DNA from: Patescibacteria group bacterium
GTDB lineage: Bacteria > Patescibacteriota > Patescibacteriia > PEXW01
Direction: 5' to 3'
DNA length: 64,000 nt
NCBI GenBank assembly: GCA_041671325.1
Contig: JBAZBR010000001.1
Span: forward strand, 89,771 to 153,770
Positions 1-9,135 of the stretch are shown here, piece by piece. The notes below the pieces were generated by a model. The model was not told where the DNA came from and searched no databases. It saw nothing but the letters and a program-made list of their open reading frames with translations. Positions within the stretch are counted from its first letter, which is position 1, and every line of letters starts with the position of its first letter. The position numbers were made by a program, and so were the translations under genes.

Positions 1-106
1 TTAAAACGTCTTCGTGAGGTAAGTTTTGAATACTCGCACGTTAGAGAGCGCGCTTTTGATTTATTGAACTCGAGCGTACCTTTTAAGGTGCGCTCGTTCG
101 CAATTT

Positions 107-140
107 AAAAACCAAAAAGAAAACCGGCACTCATTGAGCG
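107..140 (-). terminator. Intrinsic terminator downstream of CDS 152..664 (minus strand)
   Basis: On the minus strand: hairpin CCGGCGCTCAATGAGTGCCGG followed by a T-tract, directly after the stop of the 152..664 ORF. Confidence 0.5.
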
Positions 141-151
141 CCGGTAAAGAA

Positions 152-664
152 TCATGACTGAACAAAATCGTGGCTGCCGATTTGTTTGCCGCAGATGTGG
201 CATAAATAGTTTGCGCCGGCAGAGCCAGAAAGTACACCAAAATCACTATAGCCTTTTGCAATCGGGGTGCCTTTGACCCAACCACAACCAGTTCGGGAGT
301 CTTTGCTATGGGGCTTTCGACAAAGGTAGGCTTGCTCGCCATTTTTAGCATTGGCTTGTTTCGGATCATCCCAGTCGGTTTTTTTGAGGGTAAATCTGCT
401 CCCGTCGCTTGAACTAAGGTCAGCTAGGCGATTGGCCACTAAGCCCACTTCTCGGGCTAAAACCAGAGCAGCGGCAATAATTTGTTTGTTAATTTTATCA
501 ATTTTTTTCTGGAGAGCTCTTGCCAAGCCGGCTTGGGTCTTTTGTAGTGCGGTAATGTCGGCATGGTCTTGAGCTTTCAGCGCTCGGATCCTTTGAATAA
601 TATCCGTGCCTTCGAAAGGGCTAATACCAGGATTGTCATAGTACGATGCATCGTGTATTCCCAC
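152..664 (-). CDS. Hypothetical protein with coiled-coil N-region and C-terminal Cys/His cluster (possible zinc ribbon)
   Basis: 170-aa ORF. AGGAG lies upstream of a possible GTG start near 670. C-terminus carries YLCRKP...CGW and CHICGK Cys pairs. No family recognised. Confidence 0.45.
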   Translation of the reverse strand: MGIHDASYYDNPGISPFEGTDIIQRIRALKAQDHADITALQKTQAGLARALQKKIDKINKQIIAAALVLAREVGLVANRLADLSSSDGSRFTLKKTDWDDPKQANAKNGEQAYLCRKPHSKDSRTGCGWVKGTPIAKGYSDFGVLSGSAGANYLCHICGKQIGSHDFVQS

Positions 665-797
665 GTTTTCTCCTTTGTTTGGTTTTATTAGGTTTTCTAC
701 ACTTTAGGAGGTTAAACTTGGCTCGTCAAGAGATGGCAATATGCTAAACTTTTAATGAGGTTTTATTAAATAAGTGCGGCTTAATTTCAGTACTTTA

Positions 798-894
798 CCT
801 GTCATTGCGAGCGACGAATCTGTGAGGAGCGCGGCAATCTCCTTAATGTTGTGAGATTGCTACGTCTCTGCCTACGGCAGATCCTCGCAATGAC
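798..894. repeat. Copy 1 (full length) of dispersed hairpin repeat CTGTCATTGCGAG...GCAATCTC...CTCGCAATGACA
   Basis: Terminal inverted repeats TGTCATTGCGAG / CTCGCAATGACA. Internal inverted pair GCAATCTC / GAGATTGC. Partial copies occur at 18863 and 34796. Confidence 0.6.
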
Positions 895-904
895 ATAAAG
901 AAAT

Positions 905-1744
905 ATGCTCATCGATACCCACGCCCATCTAAATTTTAACGCCTATAAGGAGGATATTGACCAGGTCATTAGCCGGACTTTAAACGCAGGCATGAAAGTC
1001 GTTAATGTTGGGTCGCAATTTTCTACCAGTAAAAGGGCAGTTGACATGACCCAGAAATACCCAGGTCAAATGTATGCGGCCGTGGCTTTGCATCCCATCC
1101 ATTTGCACGAAACTTATGTGGATGAAGTGGAGATTCCTTTTAAAAGCCGGGAAGAAAAATTTGTGGAAGCTGATTATGAAAAATTAGCCAAAGAAAAAGG
1201 CGTGGTGGCCATAGGGGAATGCGGTTTGGATTATTTCCATATGCCCGAAGGCTTGGATGAAAAAGAATTTACCAATAAACAAAAAGAAGTTTTCATCCAG
1301 CACATCGATTTGGCTAAAAAATTGAATTTACCCATAATCCTGCATTGTCGTTCAACCAAAGTGGACCCGGATCGGGCGTATTTGGAAATGTTGGAGGTTT
1401 TAAAACAGGAGAATTTTAATAACGCGGTTATTCACTGCTACACAGCCAGCTTGGAAGTAGCAAAAAAATATTTAGAAGCGGGTTTCATGATTTCTTTTAC
1501 CGGCATAATTACTTTCCCCAATGCTAAAACTTTATGGCCAGTAGTTGATTTTGCGCCAATGGATAGGATTATGGTTGAAACTGACGCGCCATACTTGGCA
1601 CCCCAAACTGTTAGAGGCAAACGTAATGAGCCTTTGTATGTTAGATACGTGGCGGAAAAAATTGCAGAACTAAAAAGTATCAGTTTTAATCAAGTCGAGG
1701 AAAAAACTACTGAAAATGCTATTAAGTTTTTTAATTTAAAATAG
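905..1744 (+). CDS. tatD: TatD family metal-dependent DNase/hydrolase
   Basis: N-terminal IDTHAHL motif. GECGLDY, HCR and ETDAPY motifs typical of the TatD amidohydrolase fold. Confidence 0.85.
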   Translation: MLIDTHAHLNFNAYKEDIDQVISRTLNAGMKVVNVGSQFSTSKRAVDMTQKYPGQMYAAVALHPIHLHETYVDEVEIPFKSREEKFVEADYEKLAKEKGVVAIGECGLDYFHMPEGLDEKEFTNKQKEVFIQHIDLAKKLNLPIILHCRSTKVDPDRAYLEMLEVLKQENFNNAVIHCYTASLEVAKKYLEAGFMISFTGIITFPNAKTLWPVVDFAPMDRIMVETDAPYLAPQTVRGKRNEPLYVRYVAEKIAELKSISFNQVEEKTTENAIKFFNLK

Positions 1745-1827
1745 TCAAGGGCAAATAATTGACGTTTTCATTTCATGATGATATTTTGGAATCGTCAACG
1801 ATAATCAAATTCATTTAAGGAGGGTTT

Positions 1828-2016
1828 ATGCGCTGGTACGCTGTCACAATTGGTAGAATAAGAAACGGGGTAGTGGTACGTAAATCAGTCAGAGGGATTC
1901 ATGTTGAAACAGAAAAAAGGAATCCAAAGTCCGCCAGGGAGTTGGCCAAGGAACAGATGAGGAGAGGCGAAAGAATACTCAAGGTCAACGAGGTCGGTGG
2001 CGAGAGCGGCGGTTAA
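1828..2016 (+). CDS. Hypothetical small basic protein
   Basis: 62-aa ORF with a strong RBS (AAGGAGGG, 4 nt, ATG). Confidence 0.45.
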   Translation: MRWYAVTIGRIRNGVVVRKSVRGIHVETEKRNPKSARELAKEQMRRGERILKVNEVGGESGG

Positions 2017-2145
2017 AAGTCAACATGTTCATAATATAGGTTGCCTATGCAGGCAGCCTATTGTTTAAAGTTAATTTATGATTGACTTTTTTTAAATAAA
2101 AATCTAGTTTTAATCTATAAACCGATCATTCACAAGGAGGTCGTT

Positions 2146-2526
2146 GTGGCCAAACGCAGAAAACACCCGATTCGTTTTAAGCGATTAAGTTGCCCGCAAG
2201 CAAGAGAGATTATCGCTAAGACTCTTAAAGAATCAATTTTCTTAATGGAGTTCTATCGCTTGCGCCAGCATCTGCGGCATTGCTCAGAATGCTTTAGTTT
2301 TTGGGAGAGAATCTGGAAAGGGGTAATAAGCATAACCCTTAAGAGTTATTTAATTACTAAGGGTTATCGGGATCGGAATTATGTCCCGCTCTATATAACT
2401 CGTGATTTTTCACCCGAGACTTTAAAGGAATTGGAGACTGGCCAGCTAACCAAAACCGAGACAAGATTGGTTAAACGCCGTCTTCGTCTATGGTCAAAAC
2501 AGAACTCATCGTGTAATAAAACATAG
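2146..2526 (+). CDS. Hypothetical protein, possible zf-HC2-like (HxxxCxxC) motif
   Basis: GTG start with AAGGAGG 5 nt upstream. Contains HLRHCSECFSFW, reminiscent of anti-sigma zinc fingers. Weak assignment. Confidence 0.4.
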   Translation: MAKRRKHPIRFKRLSCPQAREIIAKTLKESIFLMEFYRLRQHLRHCSECFSFWERIWKGVISITLKSYLITKGYRDRNYVPLYITRDFSPETLKELETGQLTKTETRLVKRRLRLWSKQNSSCNKT

Positions 2527-2704
2527 TTAAATTCTTCAATCCCTCGAAACATATCGGGGGATTTCTTTAATATAAATACCCACCTAGGCTAAGGCTACGG
2601 AGGGTTATTAGTTTCTAATTGAAAAAGGAGGCTGATAAAAAATAACCCACCTTCCTCCAAAGGTGGGTAAATCAAGTAAAAGTTCAATTTTTTTTCAGTG
2701 TAAG

Positions 2705-2905
2705 CTACCAGTGACCATGCTCGCGACCCCTAGGGATCTTTCCGCCATTGCGGCCGTGTCTGGAGGATGCTCGGCCAGGAAATTTTTTTAACGAGGACCT
2801 TCCTCTTCTTCCTCCGCGCCGCTTTGGCGGGCCGAATTTGTAGTCGACAAGGGCCGGTACTGGACTCTCAGGCTTTTTAGTCGCCTGTTGCTTAACACTG
2901 GCCAT
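2705..2905 (-). CDS. Hypothetical Gly/Arg-rich basic small protein (66 aa from internal ATG with AAGGAGG RBS)
   Basis: The 83-aa ORF on the track has a strong SD (AAGGAGGCTTAC-ATG) before its internal Met. Locally GC-rich. Function unknown. Confidence 0.35.
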   Translation of the reverse strand: MASVKQQATKKPESPVPALVDYKFGPPKRRGGRRGRSSLKKFPGRASSRHGRNGGKIPRGREHGHW

Positions 2906-3033
2906 GTAAGCCTCCTTGGCCTTTTTAAGGGTGGGTAGGTATATTCCGGAATTCATAAATTAACATCTCAGCTAAAAAAATGCAAGCGCCCCATAGCCTT
3001 TTCACCAGAGCTTTTTTAAGATAAGCTTAGTCT

Positions 3034-4095
3034 ATGGAGATATTAATTATTATTTTAATTGCCTTAGTTTTAATCGGAATTGGGGTAATCATTATTCGCG
3101 GGAATAAAAGCGGAACCGATACCGGCTCTAATGAAAAGCTTATCCGTTTGGAAGAAAGGTTGGCCCAGTTGAATGAAAAAAACACGGAAATGACTCGGGT
3201 TATGGATACCAAATTGGGTGAATCTACTCGGGCCATGCAAGAGCAATTCGGCCATTCCACCAAGATTGTCAAAGACGTGACTGAACGTTTAACCCGTTTG
3301 GATGAAACCAACAAGCAAGTTTTGAATTTTTCCGATCAACTTAAAAATTTGCAAGATATTTTGACTAATCCCAAGCAACGGGGGATTTTGGGTGAATATT
3401 TTTTAGACACGGTTTTGAAAAATGTCTTACCGCCGAATTCCTACCAGATGCAATATAAGTTCAAAGACGGGGAAATCGTTGACGCGGTGGTGAAAATTAA
3501 AGGCAAACTAGTGCCCGTGGATTCCAAGTTCAGTTTGGAAAATTATAACCGTTTGGCGGCCACCCACATTGAAAGCGAACGTAAAGTTTTGGAAAAGGCT
3601 TTTGTCAATGACTTAAAAATGCGGATCCAGGAAACCGCCAAATATATCCGGCCGAATGAAGACACCATGGATTTCGCTTTCATGTTTATCCCTTCCGAAG
3701 CTATTTATTATGACTTGCTGGTCAATAAAATCGGCGCCATCACTGATGATACGGAAAATTTAATCCAACGTGCGGCTTCCAAATATCACGTCATAATTGT
3801 TTCCCCAACTTCTTTTTTGGCTTATCTGCAAACCGTATTGGAAGGCTTGCGCGCCATGCAGATTGAAGAATCAGCCAAGGAAATTAGGAAAAATGTGGAA
3901 TTGCTGGGCAAGCATATTGGAAGTTATGATGCTTATATGCAGAAATTGGGGAATCACTTGGGTACAACCGTAAACACCTACAACACGGCTTATAAGGAAT
4001 TTAAAAAGGTTGATAAAGATATTTTGAAGATTGCCGAAGTTGGTGGGAAAATCGAACCAATGGAATTGGAAAAGCCGAAAGAGGAGCAAGATTAA
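3034..4095 (+). CDS. rmuC: DNA recombination protein RmuC family
   Basis: N-terminal TM helix, then long coiled-coil, then a conserved C-terminal region (DFAFMFIPSEAIYYDLL) matching RmuC family organisation. Confidence 0.65.
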   Translation: MEILIIILIALVLIGIGVIIIRGNKSGTDTGSNEKLIRLEERLAQLNEKNTEMTRVMDTKLGESTRAMQEQFGHSTKIVKDVTERLTRLDETNKQVLNFSDQLKNLQDILTNPKQRGILGEYFLDTVLKNVLPPNSYQMQYKFKDGEIVDAVVKIKGKLVPVDSKFSLENYNRLAATHIESERKVLEKAFVNDLKMRIQETAKYIRPNEDTMDFAFMFIPSEAIYYDLLVNKIGAITDDTENLIQRAASKYHVIIVSPTSFLAYLQTVLEGLRAMQIEESAKEIRKNVELLGKHIGSYDAYMQKLGNHLGTTVNTYNTAYKEFKKVDKDILKIAEVGGKIEPMELEKPKEEQD

Positions 4096-4174
4096 TAATT
4101 ATTTCTACAAAATAATCGTACTTGATTTTTTTGCGATTTTGTGGTAATATAAATATACAAAAATAAAAACCATT

Positions 4175-4366
4175 ATGAATATTCAAAAAATCAAAATAAT
4201 GTATAGTAATTGGCATCAGCTTTGGATCCATGGCCCAGCCCACTGGATGATTTTTGCATGTGCAATAATTGTTTTTACGTCTTTGTTTGCGTATTGCATT
4301 AATACCTCAGCGGACCAAAACAACTGGGTTGTTTCTGATGCGGTTGCACAAGTTTCAACCCGTTAA
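4175..4366 (+). CDS. Hypothetical small membrane protein
   Basis: 63-aa ORF with one hydrophobic helix. Followed by an intrinsic terminator (ATCAGGAT..ATCTTGAT then T8) at about 4382-4415. No SD. Confidence 0.3.
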   Translation: MNIQKIKIMYSNWHQLWIHGPAHWMIFACAIIVFTSLFAYCINTSADQNNWVVSDAVAQVSTR

Positions 4367-4434
4367 AATAATTTCAATTAAATCAGGATTGCCCCAATCT
4401 TGATTTTTTTTATTACTTAAGTAAACTGAACTTA

Positions 4435-5232
4435 ATGTTAAAAGTCCAAAATTTAACGAAAAAATTCAATTCATTCACCGCGGTTGACGATGTTTCTTTT
4501 CAAGCAAACGGCGGAGAAATTTTTGGCTTGCTCGGGCCAAATGGCGCCGGCAAAACCACGACCATTAGCGTCATTGCCACGGTTTTAAGCCCGACTTCTG
4601 GCACGGCTGAGGTGGTGGGTTTTGATATTTTAAAAAATTCCGAAGCCGTCAGGCAGAATTTAGGCTTGTTGACTTCGGAAATAGGCTTGTATGACCGTTT
4701 TACCGCCCGGGAAAATTTACGCTACTTTGGCAAGTTGTACGGCATGGAAGGGGAGAAGCTGGAAGACAGGATTAATAGGCTGATTGAGATATTGGACATG
4801 AAAATGTTTGCCGACCGCCGAGCCGGCAAATTTTCCACAGGCATGAAGCAAAAAGTGGCCATTGCCAGGTCTATTATTCACGACCCCAAAGTGATTATTT
4901 TTGATGAGCCGACGGCGGGTTTGGATGTCTTGGCCGCGCAAACTGTGATTAATTACATGAAAACTGCCAGGGCTGAAGGCAAACTTGTGGTTTTATCCAC
5001 TCATGACATGACCCATGCCCAAGAACTTTGTGATCGAGTAGCAATTATGCACCGGGGAAAAATCGTGGCTCTGGATAAGCAAGAAGTGATTTTCCAAAAA
5101 ACCCAAACCCAGAATTTGGAAGAGGCTTTTTTGAAAATCATTGGTGAAGATGAAATTTCAGCTGCTAACCAAGAGCGGGAAGCGCAATTCCTGAAAAAAT
5201 CCGATAAACCCAAGAGGAGATTTGGTTTATGA
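4435..5232 (+). CDS. ABC transporter ATP-binding protein (ABC-2/DrrA-like)
   Basis: Walker A GPNGAGKTT, ABC signature-like FSTGMKQK, Walker B IIFDEPTAGLD. Confidence 0.9.
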   Translation: MLKVQNLTKKFNSFTAVDDVSFQANGGEIFGLLGPNGAGKTTTISVIATVLSPTSGTAEVVGFDILKNSEAVRQNLGLLTSEIGLYDRFTARENLRYFGKLYGMEGEKLEDRINRLIEILDMKMFADRRAGKFSTGMKQKVAIARSIIHDPKVIIFDEPTAGLDVLAAQTVINYMKTARAEGKLVVLSTHDMTHAQELCDRVAIMHRGKIVALDKQEVIFQKTQTQNLEEAFLKIIGEDEISAANQEREAQFLKKSDKPKRRFGL

Positions 5233-6413
5233 AAAAAGTTTTTACGGTTTTCATCAAAGAAATAATTGACAGTTTGCGCGATCGGCGCACGCTCACGACT
5301 TCCGTGCTCATGCCGATTTTACTCATGCCGGCCATTTTAATTGGCAGTATGAAATTCCAGGAAGCCCAGATAAAAAAGTCCGCAGAACAGCCGGCGATTG
5401 TGGCCATTGAAAACGCCCAAGCTTTTCCAACCCTGGTAAATTTTTTAGAAAAGCAGCCTAAGGTTACCATTAAGGCAATTCAGGATTATGCCAAAGCTTT
5501 GGATAGCGGGGAAATAAATATTTATTTGAATCCAGCCAGCGATTTTGAAAAACTGGTTAAAGATTATAAACCGGCTGAAATTCGGATAATCCAAAAAAGC
5601 TCTAATTTGGAATCAGCATCCGCCAATACAAAAGTTTTAGCAATTTTACAGGTTTTCAACCAAGAGTTGGCAGTTCAAAGGCTCCAAAAACTTGGACAAA
5701 ATCCAGAAATATTAACGGCCGTCAATCCGGTTAGCGTGGACATTGCCACGCCTGAAGAAAAGGGCGGATTTTTCCTAGGACTCTTACTGCCAATGTTCAT
5801 CGTCTTGTTTGCTATTGTCGGGGGTATGTATATTGCTATTGACGTCTCCGCCGGGGAAAAAGAAAGGAAAACCCTGGAAGCTTTAATTTTAACTCCAGTA
5901 TCCAGGTTGAAAATTGTCATGGGTAAGTTTTTAGCCGTGGCTACTACGGCCAGTACTTCCATAATTTTATCTTTAATGTCTTTATACGCGGCCTTTAGGA
6001 TGTTCCCGCCGGATTTTGGCATGGGCCAAGTCACTATTAATTTAACCCCTGGTTCAATTGGCATCATGCTGGGTATTGGCGTGATTTTAGCCATAATGTT
6101 TTCCGGTTTGTTATTGTCCGTGGCTATTTTTGCCAAGAGCTATAAAGAAGCCCAGAATTACATCACCCCGTTTTATTTATTGGCAGTCTTGCCTGTAGCC
6201 ATTTTCGCCCAACTGCCAAGTTTTAAGCCGGGCTTGGGCATGTTCGTGGTGCCAGGCGTTAACGCGGTTTTTGTCTTTAAAGAAGTCTTGATTAAAGTTT
6301 TTAATCCAGCACATATCTTAATTACTTTAATCTCTTTGCTTATTTATTCAGCCATTGCCATAATTGTAGCCAGCAAGATTTATTCCAAAGAGGGGATTTT
6401 GTTCAGGGATTAA
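5229..6413 (+). CDS. ABC-2 type transporter permease
   Basis: Start overlaps the upstream ATPase stop (ATGA), indicating translational coupling. N-terminal TM, large extracytoplasmic loop, then about 5 more TM helices. Confidence 0.75.
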   Translation: MKKVFTVFIKEIIDSLRDRRTLTTSVLMPILLMPAILIGSMKFQEAQIKKSAEQPAIVAIENAQAFPTLVNFLEKQPKVTIKAIQDYAKALDSGEINIYLNPASDFEKLVKDYKPAEIRIIQKSSNLESASANTKVLAILQVFNQELAVQRLQKLGQNPEILTAVNPVSVDIATPEEKGGFFLGLLLPMFIVLFAIVGGMYIAIDVSAGEKERKTLEALILTPVSRLKIVMGKFLAVATTASTSIILSLMSLYAAFRMFPPDFGMGQVTINLTPGSIGIMLGIGVILAIMFSGLLLSVAIFAKSYKEAQNYITPFYLLAVLPVAIFAQLPSFKPGLGMFVVPGVNAVFVFKEVLIKVFNPAHILITLISLLIYSAIAIIVASKIYSKEGILFRD

Positions 6414-6453
6414 AAAACCACCCGAATTCTCGGGTGGTTCAAAGATTAGTTGT

Positions 6454-7209
6454 TTATTTTTTCTGATGAGCCAGTAATAATTTTTCCAGCTCGGCTTTTA
6501 GGTATTTGACCAGGTCCGCAAAAAGCTGGATCCGCCGATCTTGTTCGGCAGTACTCAAGCCATCACGTTGCTCGATGTTGGCGATATAATGCGGCCGCTT
6601 TTGGGTAATGTCAACTTCAAAACCCAAAGTCCGTTCATACAAAGCCAGCTCTAAGGCCCATTTGGAATTATTGTTAATCCCAGAGGTTTCAACTACCAAT
6701 GAGCCAATTTGTTGGGCCAGGTCTGGCCGGACGGCTAAATCCAGGCCTAAATCCAGAGTCTCAGCCAGGATTTTTTCAGGCTGAGCCAGTCTTTCATTGA
6801 GTACGTGGTACATCAAGGCCCAGTAGATAGCAAAGGCAAAATGGTAGTATTTCCATTTCCATATGCCTGAATTGCGTAAGCTTTCGGAAACCCGGACTTC
6901 GTTTGGCTCGAAACAATTGAATTCAATGGTATCCAAGGTCAGCATTCGAAAGGCTGGAAAAAGCCTTAAACGTGAAAGGTCCTGAAGAGCCTCCCAATTG
7001 GGTTTTACGCCAAGCCCTTCCCACTCACGGATTTTGATTAAAAATTCATCTTGGACGTTAACTTGTTTAGGTTCAGGCAGACTTTGCCTGGGCGCTTCAA
7101 TGAGCAAGGCTTTTTGCAGGATCGGGTGCATTTCTTTGGGAATACCCAAGAGGCCTTTTCTGGCCCAAAAATAGCCCAAAGTAAGATAGGGATTGAAAAG
7201 AGAAAACAT
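6454..7209 (-). CDS. Hypothetical protein, possibly all-alpha NTP-pyrophosphohydrolase (MazG / dimeric dUTPase-like)
   Basis: 251-aa ORF. Helical segments ending in ...ELALYERTLGFEVD resemble MazG-type helices. Assignment is weak. Confidence 0.3.
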   Translation of the reverse strand: MFSLFNPYLTLGYFWARKGLLGIPKEMHPILQKALLIEAPRQSLPEPKQVNVQDEFLIKIREWEGLGVKPNWEALQDLSRLRLFPAFRMLTLDTIEFNCFEPNEVRVSESLRNSGIWKWKYYHFAFAIYWALMYHVLNERLAQPEKILAETLDLGLDLAVRPDLAQQIGSLVVETSGINNNSKWALELALYERTLGFEVDITQKRPHYIANIEQRDGLSTAEQDRRIQLFADLVKYLKAELEKLLLAHQKK

Positions 7210-7379
7210 ATTTATTGTCCTTTCAAATTGCAGGTTTTTTGTTTGTTTCCATTGAATCTAGCTTAAGCGTGAAAAATGTCAAACTTCTAACGGGGCTTGA
7301 CTTTTACCTGAATTAAGGTAGACTGATTTTTCAAACCAACATAGTTTTTAATTCATCGTGATAATGAAAGGAGGAGCGC

Positions 7380-7910
7380 TTGGCGATTAGCACGGAAGAT
7401 AGGGGAATAATCAGTTCATGGAGAAAGACCGGCGTAATTACCGAGGTGGATGGCCAAAAACTCATTAATGTCTCGCCTCATGGCGTTATAATCGTGATGT
7501 GCGGTGATGCTGATCGAGCCTTGGAGATGCTTGATTTTTTAAAGCTAAAAATCAACACTCGCCGTTTTCATCTGCGCGCCGAGGATGGAGGCCCTTTGCG
7601 CTATCATCCTAGCGTCCCGATTCCGCCAAAACTCAGGATGGACAAACAGTTGCTGGCTGGATTGCATGGCAGCCGAGGTCTGAAAAAAATCCCAACCTTG
7701 ATATTAATGGCGCATTGGCCTTGCGGTATGGCTGCGCAAATCAAGCTGGGAATTCGGGATACGGTTTGGTACACGATTCAGCTTGTTCAGATTCTCTCCG
7801 ACCTTGGTTGGGATAAGAAAAGGATCATTCCCATGTTGCACGTGGATTATTCCACGCGAATGCGTACTTATTTTATTGAGGCCAAATCCCCAGGGCAAAT
7901 CTATCAGTAA
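7380..7910 (+). CDS. Divergent beta-carbonic-anhydrase-like protein (paralog A)
   Basis: Has CxDxR (IIVMCGDADR) and HxxCG (MAHWPCGMAA) motifs in the beta-CA order. Neighbouring gene shows the same fold. Confidence 0.4.
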   Translation: MAISTEDRGIISSWRKTGVITEVDGQKLINVSPHGVIIVMCGDADRALEMLDFLKLKINTRRFHLRAEDGGPLRYHPSVPIPPKLRMDKQLLAGLHGSRGLKKIPTLILMAHWPCGMAAQIKLGIRDTVWYTIQLVQILSDLGWDKKRIIPMLHVDYSTRMRTYFIEAKSPGQIYQ

Positions 7911-7997
7911 ATCTACGGCCGCCAAAAGCAATGGCGGCCTTTTCTTTTTCCAAAAAATTTGATAGGATAAAAATCTAAAAATATTAAACTTAAATCC

Positions 7998-8426
7998 ATG
8001 TCCCACACCTGCCAAGCTATCGTTTTCAATTGTATCGATTTCCGCTTTCATTCCGCCATCCGGGATTTTTTAATTTCTAATGGATTGAAAGATAACTATG
8101 ATTTAGCCAGTCTGGCTGGCATTACCAAGGGTTTGGTTGAAGGAGATAAAGCCAGTTCCGAATTAATTTTAAAACAAATTGAAATATCACGGAGATTGCA
8201 CGGCGTTAAAGAAGTAATTTTAATCCACCATATGGATTGTGGCGCGTATGGCGGGCATCAGGCTTTTGAAAGTTTACAAGCCGAGCATGCTAAGCAAGCT
8301 CAGGATTTGACCTTAGCCAAAAAAATCATCCTAGAGAAATTTTCACAACTGGAAGTCAAAAAAATCATTGCCAGGATTGAAGAGAAAAACGGAGGAAACT
8401 ATATTGACTTTGAGGTATTAGACTAA
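7998..8426 (+). CDS. Beta-class carbonic anhydrase-like protein (short form, paralog B)
   Basis: FNCIDFRF matches the beta-CA CSDSRV motif. LHGVKEVILIHHMDCGAY matches LHLGVKHIVVCGHSDCGG. Only 142 aa. Confidence 0.55.
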   Translation: MSHTCQAIVFNCIDFRFHSAIRDFLISNGLKDNYDLASLAGITKGLVEGDKASSELILKQIEISRRLHGVKEVILIHHMDCGAYGGHQAFESLQAEHAKQAQDLTLAKKIILEKFSQLEVKKIIARIEEKNGGNYIDFEVLD

Positions 8427-8448
8427 GCCATGAATATCGCCTAAAATA

Positions 8449-9135
8449 TTGGTAGTTATGCCAACCCAATCTAGGATTATTGAAGTTAAAAACATCACAA
8501 AAATTTACACGCTGGGTGAAGTCAAAGTCCCGGCTCTGAAAGGCGTTTCCCTGCAAATCAATGAAGGGGATTTTTTAATTATCACTGGCCGGAATTGTTC
8601 TGGTAAGTCCACGCTTTTAAGGCAGTTGGGTTTGTTAGATAAACCAGATACCGGAGAAATATTTTTAGAAAACCAGGAAGTGACGAAAATGAATGAACTC
8701 GGCCGTTCACGCCTGCGACTCCGTCATTTAGGCTATATTTTCCAAGAGTACGCCCTAATTGCAGAGCTTAGTGCTTTGGAAAATGTTATTTTACCAGCCA
8801 TGATGACCGAGAAATTTTCGGTTTGCAAAAAACGAGGTATGGATTTATTAACCAAGGTCGGTTTGGATAAAAAATACAAGAATTTACCCAGACAGCTTTC
8901 CGGCGGCGAACAGCAGCGGGTGGCAATTGCCAGGGCTTTGATTAACAATCCGGTGGTCTTGTTTGCGGATGAGCCCACGGCGAATTTGGATACGGTAGCC
9001 TCCAAGGATATTTTGAATATTTTTAAAGAATTGAACGAGAGAGACAAGCACACAATCGTCATGATTACCCACGAAGAGGATGAAACCAAATATGCCAACC
9101 GACTTATTAAAATGTCTGACGGAAAAATTATATGA
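8449..9135 (+). CDS. ABC transporter ATP-binding protein (MacB/LolD/FtsE-like)
   Basis: Walker A GRNCSGKST, signature LSGGEQQRV, Walker B LFADEPTANLD. Confidence 0.9.
   Translation: MVVMPTQSRIIEVKNITKIYTLGEVKVPALKGVSLQINEGDFLIITGRNCSGKSTLLRQLGLLDKPDTGEIFLENQEVTKMNELGRSRLRLRHLGYIFQEYALIAELSALENVILPAMMTEKFSVCKKRGMDLLTKVGLDKKYKNLPRQLSGGEQQRVAIARALINNPVVLFADEPTANLDTVASKDILNIFKELNERDKHTIVMITHEEDETKYANRLIKMSDGKII

Noticed and set aside
61-572. ORFs 61..369(-) and 351..572(+) overlapping CDS 152..664
   Set aside because: These are shorter antisense or out-of-frame overlaps of a longer ORF that has an RBS and a terminator.
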